Shown here piece after piece: positions 53,395-64,000 of a stretch of 64,000 nt of DNA. Each line of letters begins with the position of its first letter. Positions within the stretch are counted from its first letter, which is position 1. Source of the stretch: Octopus vulgaris (taxonomy: Eukaryota). The notes below the pieces were generated by a model. It made no database searches and was not told the DNA's origin. It saw only the letters and a program-made list of their open reading frames with translations. The position numbers and the translations under genes were made by a program. Location: contig OX597817.1 of the NCBI GenBank assembly GCA_951406725.2, forward strand, positions 92,504,001 through 92,568,000. Reading direction: 5' to 3'.

Positions 53395-54362
53395 CATCAT
53401 CATCATTGTTTAACGTCTGCTTTCCACGCAAGCATGGGTTGGAAGATTTGACTGAGGACTGGCGAACCAGATGGCTGTGCCAGGCTCCAATCTGATCTGG
53501 CAGAGTTTCTACAGCTTGATGCCCTTCCTAGCACCAACTACTCCGAGAGTGTAGTGGGTGCTTTTAAAGTGCTACCGGCACAAGGGCCAGTCTGGTGGTA
53601 CTGGCAACGGCCATGCTCAAAAATGGTGTTTTTTACATGCCATCTGCACAGGAGTCAGTCCAGCAGCACTGGCAATGACCTCGCTCAAATGTTTTGTTCA
53701 TGTGCCACTGGCACAAGTGCCAGTGAGGCAACGTTGACAACGATCACACTCAAGTGATGCTCTTTACGTGCCAGACAGCTGCTCTGGCAGTGATCCCGCT
53801 TGGATGGAGCTGTTAGCGCTCCACTGGCATGGGTGCCAGTCATCGAATTTGGTTCAATTTTGGTTTTACTTGCCCCAACAGGTCTTCGCAAGTAGAGTTT
53901 AGTGTTCAGTGAAAGGAGGTTGGCATGGGTGCCAGTCAATGAATTTGGTTCGATTTCGATTTCGATTACCTCAACAGGTCTTCGCAAGCAGAGTTTTGTG
54001 TCCAAAGAAGGAAAGATATGCATAAGTGGGCTGGGTACATCCTAGTAAAGATCATGGGTTATGGTCTCACTTGTCTTGCCGATTCTTCTCAAGTACAGCA
54101 TATTTCCAAAAGTCTCAGTCACTAGTCATTGCCTCAGTGAGGCCGAATGTTCGAACATCATGCTTCACTACCTCGTCCCAGGTCTTCCTGGGTCTACCTT
54201 TTTCACAGGTTCCCTCAACCGCTAGGTTGTGGCACTTTTTCACACAGCTGTCTTCATCCATTCTTGCTACATGACCATACCGGCGCAATCGTCTCTCTTG
54301 CACGCCACAACTGATGCTTCTTAGGTTCAACTTCTCTCTCAATGTACTTACACTCTGTTGAG
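53395..54362 (-). mobile_element. RTE LINE 3' end
   Basis: RRLRRYGHVARMDED..VKKC...VEG..GRPRKTW, followed by the 3' UTR and a (GAT)n tail. Confidence 0.88.
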
Positions 54363-54367
54363 TTACA

Positions 54368-54421
<54 letters not shown>

Positions 54422-55771
54422 TTGTGTGTTTGTGTGCGTGTGCTTGTGTATGTATGTGTAAATAAATGATAAAAAAATGGAATGAATGACATTCTTTATT
54501 TAAAGTTATTGCAATTGTTTCAATACCCTTAGTACATTGATAAGATGTTGTGCAATCATTATCATGCATCGAAGGTGTAAAATGTACCTCTTCAGGTGAT
54601 TACTGTCACCTATTGTCATTTCATTCAGTGTGAGAATGTATACCTAAAGTGATGTGTCATTTCCAGCAGTTTACAGACAAAACTAAATCCATAGATACAG
54701 TAACAGACAAAATATTATTATAATCAATATACAAAACACTAAAAACAAATGAAAAAAAGGGTAAGGTTGACTATAAATTACAATCCTATTGTTTTGGTCA
54801 GATTATAACAAAGAAAGTGCAAAACAGATTGAAGTATTAAATGAAGAATAAAATTAAGTATTTAGAGATAATTAAGTGATAAAATGATGAAGACTGACCA
54901 TCTCAGTGTTTAACAACTATTTCTTTATTTCTACTAAGGATCTAAATTACCCTCTGTCTTTCATGACAAACAACTGGCTCCATGCTACACTTGAATCAGC
55001 TTCTACTTGAAGTTAATTTATTACCATCTGGCTTATATATCCCTCTTTGAAACAATTAGGGAAAAAATAAGTTAATTGGTATCTTATCTTTGATAAGTAC
55101 TGATTACACATCTCACCAATGTTCTATGAGTGAAAAAACGTGTTGAAACAATCGTAGTGATTTTAAATAAAGAATGTCATCCATTCCATTTTCTATCATT
55201 TATCTATTTGTAAAAAAATCTATGGATATTATGGAATTCCTGATGTATATATAGTAGCAGGAGCATCTCTATTATATGATGACATCATAGCCAATAACTG
55301 TGAATGAGCTTTGTATAGTATTCTACAAGGTTTTTACCCAAATCTTATTCAACTATATATATAAATACATCTCAAGCGCTGGGCTTCATATTGGGTCTCA
55401 CGGAGGCAATGCCAGTGTCATGCAACTAGCAGCTGTGTTGGTGGCATGTAAAAAGCACCTTTTGAGCATTGGGTCTCATGGAGACAATGGCTGATGACTT
55501 TCAGCAATATGCTGTGCTTGAGTAGAAGACCCACCAAACCAAGTGAAGCCCTAGTCATGACAAAGGTGCCAGTCACACTACTGGCATCTATGCTGGTGGC
55601 ATGCAAAAGCACCAATTACACTCTTGGAGAGGTTGGTGTTAGGAAAGGCATCCAGCCATAGAAGCCATGCCAAATTAGACTAGAGTCTGGTGCAGCCCCT
55701 CGGCCTACCAGCCCTGGTCAAACCATCCAACGTATGCCAGCATGGACAACAGATGTTAAATGATGATGATA

Positions 55772-55812
<41 letters not shown>

Positions 55813-56230
55813 ATATATATATATATATATGTAATGTATGTATAAACATATGTGTGTGTTTGCATTTCCTTATCTTGATATTACTTGTTAGTTCTAAACA
55901 AATGTTTGTTATACGTGCCATCTTGTTTGCACACTTTTGTGAAAACATGTCAGGCCATTGTGATGTTTATGTCTGAAGGACTAGGGGAAATATTACTTTA
56001 CCTGGAAACAAATGAGGTATGGCATCATGAAAAGCAGCTGGCTGTAAAAATTTGTCTCAATAAATTTTGTCTGGCTTAATTATGTATATATTTAAGTATG
56101 ATTTTACACAAATGTATGACCTTATTGACATTACTTCTTTTTTCGAATTTTGTGATAAATGTCTGCTATTTCGTTAAAACAAAAATCTAATCTTCCCTTT
56201 ACCACCACTCAAATAATCTCTATCACTCAG

Positions 56231-56356
56231 CTTAGGTATGTCTCACAGTGATAAAACAGAAGAATGTAAAACGCCACCAGCAAGTCATGGTATCATGGGA
56301 ACTTTGCGAACTGGATGGAGTATTTGCTCCAGAAAATCTCTGCTGCAACTGATAGA
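56231..56356 (+). CDS. ADAMTS-like exon G (zinc motif second half, Met-turn)
   Basis: ctcag acceptor, gtaagt donor. NLGMSHSDKTEECKTPPASHGIMGTLRTGWSICSRKSLLQLI completes HExxHxxGxxH and has the GIM Met-turn and WSxCS. Phase 2 to 2. Confidence 0.95.
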
Positions 56357-56399
56357 GTAAGTCTACACAACCATCTTCCACATCACATGTTGCTGCCAT

Positions 56400-56977
56400 G
56401 ACAGCATTACAATGGTGTTGTTATTATGAACATCCTTATCACAAGCATTACTGTCCTCATCATCATCACCACTGCCATCATCATCATCATGGTCACCATC
56501 ATCATTATATCAATCATCATCATCATCAACATGACCATCGTCATCATCATCGTTTTCATCATCATCATCATCATCGTCGTTGTCTTTGTCATTATCATCA
56601 TTGTCATCATCATCATCATCACCACAGCCACTGCCACCACCACAATCATTGTGATCCCCATCATCATTATCTCATCTTTGGTGCCACTGTAATTATTATT
56701 ATCATCATCTTAACCATTGTCATCCTCACACACATCAGCAACATCATTACCAGTAGAATGAATCAAAATTATAACTGTCAGCATCATTATCATTGTCATC
56801 ATCATCTTCATAAGTATTGTTATTGTGATTATTGTCACTGCTTTCATCATCATTATTCTCATCAAGAATATAATGACAATGGCATTATCATTGTTGTTGT
56901 CATCTTTGATGCCACCATTGTCATCCTCATTATCAACATCATTATCATCCTCACCATCCTCATCCTCATCCTCATCC

Positions 56978-57011
<34 letters not shown>

Positions 57012-57130
57012 TATCATCATCCTCATTGTTGTTGTTGTCATTGTCGTCATCATTGTTGTCATTGTCATCATCACCACCATTATCCACATCCCTGTTATTA
57101 GTCCTCTCAGCTCCAACATCCACATCAAAA
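56400..57130. repeat. Degenerate (CAT)n microsatellite
   Basis: Low-complexity cat/tca tract that starts inside the intron after exon G. Confidence 0.9.
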
Positions 57131-58823
57131 TAAGCAAACCAGTACGACTTCACCATGCCTACCAAAGTAGTGATGAATGATTTTCTATGTAAAGGGACAA
57201 GATTGTACATTGGTTTGTGTAGGGCAGTGGAACTGATGCGAGATTAAATAATGTAGAGATTTTATGTTTGTCAAACAATAGGTAAATCAGTATTAATAGT
57301 TAATATCAGGAGCATTAAACAATATTGAGATACTGCACTACATATTTGTCCAACAATAGGCAAGTTAGTGTATTTACACATTTAGCTTAGGGAGCATTGA
57401 AAGATTGACCAGAAATATATGGTGTGAAAAATGCATTCTCAGACAATGACTAACTTTATATTCATTTCCCAGCAAATACAGTGGACCTTAGTATTTCAGC
57501 TAATACTGTTGCTGCTCTACTGTATTGATGAATTTAGAATACGACTGAAACATGTCAAAAATTGTCTCTTGTACATAGTAACAAAAACGAAAATAATATT
57601 AGCCATGATGCTCCCCCACTACTACTGCTCATGATCAGAGATGCACATATTGTCAGTCACTAAGGGACATGCTCAGGTTGTTAAGGTCAAGCAATGATCA
57701 AGCAAATCTGTGGCATTGAGCAGAATATTTGCTACATCGATATTTCTCCTTCAGTAACTCAGCACTGAATCTGTCTGAAATGTAATGGAAAATAGGTCAG
57801 TTTCAAAACATTGATGTCCAGATCACAAAAGCAAAGTTTGAAGGGAATAATAGTAATTTCCTTTATTTTCTAAGTAGAAACAAATAGGAAATAATACTTA
57901 TTGACCAAAGACAAAAAAGAAAATTAGAATTTTGTTAGGATGCCTTGTTCAGGAGCACAGCACAATGGTTGTAGTGGCAAAGTTAGCACATATAAGCATG
58001 TGGTGTAGTCTAGTCCCACTTAACCCTACAGTCATCACACATTATCAAATTCCCTAACATCAGGCATCTAATTTTGTGTAGGTATTTAACATTGAATAGA
58101 TGTTAGGCAGGTACCTTTCTTTGATAGATATACTTTAGTAATGAATAGCTTTGGCAGAGGCATAGCTGTGTGGTAAGAAGCTTGCTTCTGAACCACATGG
58201 TTCCAGGTTCAGTCCCATTGCAGGGCACCTTATACAAGTGTCTTCTACTATAGCCTCAATGCTAACCGCTAACCAATGTCTTAAGAGTAAATTTGGTAGA
58301 CAGAAACTGAAAGAGGTCTGTTGTGTGTGTGTATGTGTGTGTGTGTATGTGTGTGTGTGTGTATGTGTGTGTGTGTATGTGTGTGTGTGTGCATGTGCAT
58401 GTGTGTGCGCATGTATGTGTGAGTGTGTGTCTTTGCGTCCATATTTGTCCCCCCACCACTGCTTGACAACAAGTGTTGGTGTGTTTACATCCCCTGTAAC
58501 TTAGCTGTTCGGCAAAAGAGACCAATAAAATAAGTACCTGACTTTAAAAAAAATATACTGGAGTCAATCTGTTCAATTAAGAAATTCTTCAAGGTGGTGT
58601 TCCAGCATGGTCACAGTCTAATGATTGAAACAAATAAAAGATAAAAGAGTGAATAACAGCAATAATCATAACGGAATGATAGAATGGTAATAAAGATGGT
58701 GTACAATAATATAGTAACATACTTTGGAAGGCTGGTAATGCATTCCCACTCCGCCACTTTGCAATACAACCTCATGCTAGATACATAGATGTTAGGATAT
58801 ATTTCTCTTTTTGTTGTTGGCAG

Positions 58824-58918
58824 CAACAACCTGGCAGAGTGTCTGTTTGAAGAGAATGTCAAGCGAAACGAAGTTGCAGACACTTTTAAAAGCTTAACAC
58901 TAAATGGTCTCTTACCAG
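58824..58918 (+). CDS. ADAMTS-like exon H (end of catalytic domain)
   Basis: ggcag acceptor, g|gtcagt donor. DNNLAECLFEENVKRNEVADTFKSLTLNGLLP(G) has the CL...LPG pattern of ADAMTS. Phase 2 to 1. Confidence 0.9.
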
Positions 58919-58945
58919 GTCAGTGCAGTATTTGTCTCCTGTTTG

Positions 58946-59027
<82 letters not shown>

Positions 59028-60423
59028 CTTACTAGTTCATTTGTAATGATTTTTAGTTGTTTTGTCCATGACTAGAATGGTTATGTTCAAGATATTTTAT
59101 TTGACATGTAATGAGTGTTTTTGTGTTGACATTGTTGTTGAAGACAACATCCATTATGTAGTGATTGTGTTGTTGTGGAGAAGAAAAGTTAGACATGATC
59201 CCATTGGAGATTGTTAAGGAATTTTCTGTTTATGAAGTCATTGCAATTTTTGATGTAAGGTGTTTAGGCTGCATGTGGATGGTGCCTGTCTATGGATGGT
59301 TAGAGATAGCAGTAAAGGGTTGTATCGTCTGCATAGGAGAGAACATTGGTAGCTAAAGGCTGATGGTCAGTAATTTGTTGAAACAAATATATATAGGAGG
59401 TTGCAATATTACAGTGTTTTAACAGTTCTAGTTGTAGTTACAAATAATATCAAACCATTTAACTGCTAGAAAATGTTTCCTCACCACCACCACCACCACA
59501 AAAACCACCAACACCATCACAATCAACACCACCACAATCAACACCACCATCACCACCGCCACCATCATCACTACCACCACCACTACCACTAGAGAATGTT
59601 TCGTTGCCATCGTCACATTCATCATCATCATTTTACATCTGTTTTCCTTGTCAGCATGGGTTGGGCAAGTCATCATAGGCTGCATCATTTCTTATTTAGA
59701 GTTACTGCTCTCTTAGATGGATCAGCTATCTTTCACATAGCTTATATGGTTGGATACCTTTCCTATCACCAACTACTTTACAGAGAATGTCAGGATTTAT
59801 TCATGGCACCAGAGCTAGTGAGGCTGCTTTTTACCCTTTTAAGAATAAAGAATCCTCTTTACTCTATATTGTTTCTATCTAATTCAGATAGAGACATGGC
59901 CAACAGGGTGGGTAGAACAGAGAGTGAATGCTGAAGATAAAATTGAGTAAAATGGCAAAATGCTCAATTATGAGGTACAAAATACAGATTGTGGAGACAA
60001 TAGGAAAAGGAGATACGAGAGATGTAGTGTTAGAGAGAATAGTACTAGAGTGCTTTAAGAGAGATAGTAATGGCAGAGGGTAGAAGGAAAGAGACACTAA
60101 TGGAAACTAAATGTTTAATGGCAAGTGAGAGAGAGAGAGGGGGAAGGGAGAGAGATGAAAGGGAGAGAGAGAGAGAAAGAAAGAGACAGAAAGGGAGAGA
60201 GAGATGGAAAGAGAGAGAGAGAACAAGACAGAGAGGGGAGAGAGCGAGGTAGAGAGATGGAAAGAGAGAGAGAGAGAAGGAAACAGAAAGAGGGAGAGAG
60301 AGAAAGACAGAAAGGGACAGAGAGAGAGAAAGAGAGAGAGATTTTGAATGGTGGTAAGTCAAGATGTCAATGACAAAAAAATGTTGGATTTGAATAATGT
60401 TTTAATCTTCTTTAATTCACTAG

Positions 60424-60509
60424 GTCTATACCTTACACCAGATGATACATGTGAAATGAACTATGGACCAGGCTTCCGTTACAGAGGATTTCCTAAAGAA
60501 ACTCCCAAT
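60424..60509 (+). CDS. ADAMTS-like exon I (disintegrin-like domain start)
   Basis: cactag acceptor, gtaata donor (weaker). GLYLTPDDTCEMNYGPGFRYRGFPKETPN resembles G..Y..D.QC...FG. Phase 1 to 0. Confidence 0.85.
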
Positions 60510-61465
60510 GTAATATTTCATATTATCTTTTGTTATAATGGAAATGGTAGAAGACTGCCTCAGTATGGATGGCGATCTAATTCATTCACTGCTGTTGTTT
60601 TGTCAATTGTCAAAATACTTTCTTCTCAATATCCCACTTCACTTAGCTGTTACTAGGCATCATAGAATGAACTTGTTCACTGTTGTTTTTGTGCCAAGTT
60701 GCTTTTTCAGACATAATATACATTATTTAATTGGTCCTTCCATTTTTGAAAATGTAGTGTGATTTGAGGTCGGGGTAACATAGTTGCTTTTTCTGGCAAG
60801 TTAAAGTGACAATGACACTCAACCATTTGTAGTACTCCCGACCACAAATGGTGTATTACAAATGTGTTTTTAATCAAGCTAATCAATTTTCTTTGCCTTT
60901 ATCAGCTATATTAAATTGAAAATTTACTCACTAATTAGCAATCAAACTAAATCAATAATTTTTTTTGCTATTAGCTGACATACTAAAGTAAGATTTTACT
61001 TACTAATTACCATTCTAACCAAACTAATCTTTTATCTTTCTATTTTTTACTTGTTTCAATCATCAGACTGCGGCCATTCTGGGGCATCACTTTGAAGAAT
61101 TTTTGTCAAATGAGTTCACCCCAGTGCTTATGTTTTGTAAAGCTGGGTACTTATTCCATCAGTTTCTTTTTCTGAACTGCTAAGTTACAGGGATGTAAAC
61201 ACACCAACACCAGTTGTCAATTGGTGGTGGGGGAAAAACACTGGCACACATGCATATAAATATATGATGGGCGTCTTTCAGTTCCTGTCTACCAAATCCC
61301 CTCACAAGGCTTTGGTCAGCCTAAAGCTATAGTAAAAGACACTTGCTCAAGGTGCTGTACTGCAGACTGAAGGTGGAACCATGCAAACTTCTTACCATAC
61401 ATTTATGCCTGTGTCTGTAATAATAATAATATAATTAACAAACTATGCATTTGTCATGGTTCCAG

Positions 61466-61573
61466 ACCGAGTGTAAGTTCCATTCCTGTACATATCTCAT
61501 TCATGATGAAAGATTTGGTGAGTCGAAGGTAAATTATCATGGAATAGCTGGTGCTTATTGTGGAAAGAACAAG
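61466..61573 (+). CDS. ADAMTS-like exon J (disintegrin-like domain)
   Basis: ttccag acceptor, gtaagt donor. TECKFHSCTYLIHDERFGESKVNYHGIAGAYCGKNK resembles C..L.C...GT.CG..K. Phase 0 to 0. The gene continues beyond the window. Confidence 0.85.
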
Positions 61574-61792
61574 GTAAGTTTGTCTAAAGTTCTTCTTTGT
61601 TTTTTGTTTTTTGCTTATACTCTCTCTTTTACTCTTTTACTTGTTTCAACAGGCTTCTTTCAGTTTCCGTCTACCAAATCCACTCACAAGACATTTGCCC
61701 AAGATGCCACGCAGTGGGACTGAACCCGGAACCATGTGGTTGGTTAGCAAGCTACTTACCACACAGCCACTCCTGCGCCTATATTGATCTTA

Positions 61793-61828
<36 letters not shown>

Positions 61829-62933
61829 GAAACAAAGCTCAGATTTGGTCTAATTTGTGATAGGATTTATGTGGGTATTGGATTATGACCTGTAACCTTT
61901 GGTATCCATATGTTTTAAGCAGTCTTTCAAGTGCTAAGGACCCTTCTGATAATCCTTGCTGTACCTAAGAAGCAAACTTTCTACAGAAGCTCTACCAGGC
62001 ATTCTATTTCAATCGCTTTCAGCCATTTGTCTATATCTTGGCTTACTGTTTCCAATGCACTTATTATTATGGGCATGACCTTTACTGTTCTCATGCTCCA
62101 AATTCTTCCTTTTTTAAATTTTAAAGGATTATATTTTCTGTTTTTCTTCCTCTTTCTTTACAATCTTGGAATTAAACAGGTATGATGGGTCAATAAGCAA
62201 CTTCGCTTTTCCTTATCTATGATCATAATATCTGGTCTATTGTTTTCTAACTTCTTGTCCATTTGAAGAGGTAAGTCCCACAACATTTTACATTTTTCTG
62301 ACTCTAGTACTCTTTTAACTCGATGATTGTATCATGTGTTTCCAGCTTCAAATTCCCATTTCTGGCCCAGTTTCCAATGTAAAACTTTTACAACCTGGTC
62401 ATACCTCCATTTCTTATATTCTTCCTGTGTTAACTTGGGGCATTCTGCTGCAGTGTGTGCCAGTCTCATTTCAAGTTCCACCAGCTCTACATTTTTCTGA
62501 CACATTCTCTATATATTTTTTATCAAGTTGTTTGTTTTTATCACTTGATCTTGGGCTGCTACAATTAGGGTCCCTGTTTCTTTTTTAATTGCCCCTTTTT
62601 TAATCAAGTCCTAGATTTTGTCCCACCTGTGTCTTGAGTGGCTCTCCTAAACTGGCCATGCAGAGATTTCTCTTCAATCTGTCTGATGTGCTCTCTTTGT
62701 ATTTCATTCTTGTCCCTTTCTCCTATTATGAGCTTCATCGCCTGTTCTTTTTTAATTGTCATTAGTAGTTTTTCTGTGTTGCTCTGTAAATGCTCTACTA
62801 GACTTTTTTTTCCATTTGTACACATTCTTCTACTACTGTTAAGCCTCAAGTACAGCCAGTTGATATCAGCTTTCAGATGGTGGATTCCATACATCGTCAA
62901 CTTTCTAGTTTCTCTGTCAAGTTTCTTTATTTC

Positions 62934-63163
62934 GAAGATGTACTTGCATAGCAAGTGACTTGATCTGAGATCGTGTGCCGGAACGAAACCAATTGCAGCA
63001 TGAAAGGTGTTTATAAGCCATTTAAGAAACACACAAAACCGTTAGATTCACTTCAACATTTAAATTTAATTTGTCAAAATATTTTCGTCGCTTTCAGACC
63101 ACGACCTGTTCACTGACAAAACTTCGTGCTGCACCCTAACCCTAACCTTCCACACTGCAGTTG
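62934..63163 (-). mobile_element. Short non-coding insertion carrying a variant HHR, nested in the Dong-like LINE
   Basis: Flanked by the direct repeat GTTTCTTTATTTC (62921-62933, 63164-63176). Homologous to 45781-45957. Has a short inverted terminal piece and (CCCTAA)2. Confidence 0.8.
63070..63120 (-). ncRNA. Hammerhead-like motif with G3-C8 swapped core
   Basis: Minus strand: TTTGTCA-GTGAACA-G-GTCGT-ggtctgaaa-GCGAC-GAA-AATATT-T-TGACAAA. Confidence 0.65.
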
Positions 63164-64000
63164 GTTTCTTTATTTCACTTCTGGTCTATTATTCCAACTC
63201 CATATTTGATTGGGGGTGCTGCTCTTGAATTTGTTGCTTCAATAAGATTTTTGGAATTCAACTTTGACTGCAATAATTTTCTGACTCTCCTTGTCTACTC
63301 TCTAAATTTGTTTAATTTCTTCATTTTTTATCTCATCTGCTTCCAGTATTCCCAAGTACTTATACCACTGTCTTTTCTCAAATGCTCTCATTATTTTTCC
63401 GATTGGCACTTCAATTCCTTGCTTCTTTCAAATCTTCCTCATTTCATTTTCAATATAGCACACTTTTCTAATTCAAATTCCAAACCTGCATCATTTGAGA
63501 AAATGCAGATAGTATGTACAAGAATTTCAAGCTGTTCTTCATTTTTCAAATAAACCTTTATATCATCCATAGAAAGGAAATGAGTTATCTGACCATTCCT
63601 TTTTCCCAAATCATAAGCAATTTTAACCTTTTGTAGTATCATAGTGAATGGTGTCATGGCCAATACGAATAGTAAAGGAGATAACCTATCACCTTGGAAT
63701 ATTCCACATATGATGTTCACTTTTCCAAGTGTTTGCTTTCCTCCAATAGATTTAGTTTTCCAATGTTTCATACTTTCATTAAGCATTTTCTCCATGTATT
63801 TTGCTATTCCAAACATGCCCATAGTTTAACACATCCAAATGTGTGGTACCATGTCATATACTCTTTTCTAATCTAGCCATGCTACATCCTGTCCCATCAA
63901 TCTGCATCTACACTTTCTAATTGTCATTTTATTAACTAATAAGTGATCTTTTTTTGCCCTACTTTGCTTCCTGCATCTTTTCTGTTCTTCTGGAAGTAGG

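Larger units (their letters stand above)
61830..64000 (-). mobile_element. Old Dong/R4-like LINE (RT plus RLE), decayed, 3' end at (TAA)n
   Basis: GIFQGDRLSPLLFVLAMTP, SMDDIKVY, LDRETRK, EKSLHGQF and WDLPLQMDKKLENNRPD. (TTA)n at 61791-61829. Confidence 0.88.

Noticed and set aside
56398-57210. His-rich 260-aa ORF and Asp/Met-rich antisense ORFs
   Set aside because: These are translations of a degenerate (CAT)n microsatellite that is open in most frames. It lies after the exon G donor, and exons G and H already join in phase.

Overview
AT-rich, microsatellite-laden animal DNA. The SINE families, the (TA)n/(CA)n/(CAT)n load and the intron sizes suggest a cephalopod (octopus-like) genome; this is inference. 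One host gene runs across the window on the + strand. It is an ADAMTS-like (M12B reprolysin) zinc metalloprotease, and I assembled ten GT-AG exons (9921-61573) by hand. They join phase-compatibly into 439 uninterrupted codons: prodomain, catalytic domain with HELGHNLGMSH and Met-turn, and the start of a disintegrin-like domain. The rest is mostly decayed transposons. These include several Penelope-like elements (PLEs; RT plus GIY-YIG), RLE-type Dong/R4-like LINEs inserted in (TAA)n, RTE and CR1 fragments, a scrambled Helitron, two Tc1/mariner relics and many tRNA-derived SINEs. The most interesting layer is invisible in the ORF track. About 15-20 type I hammerhead-ribozyme (HHR) motifs lie in PLE terminal repeats, in a retrozyme-like partial tandem repeat and in many short fold-back elements. 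Several families have non-canonical catalytic cores, including an apparent compensatory C3-G8 to G3-C8 swap. All coordinates were read by eye, and repeat boundaries are approximate.
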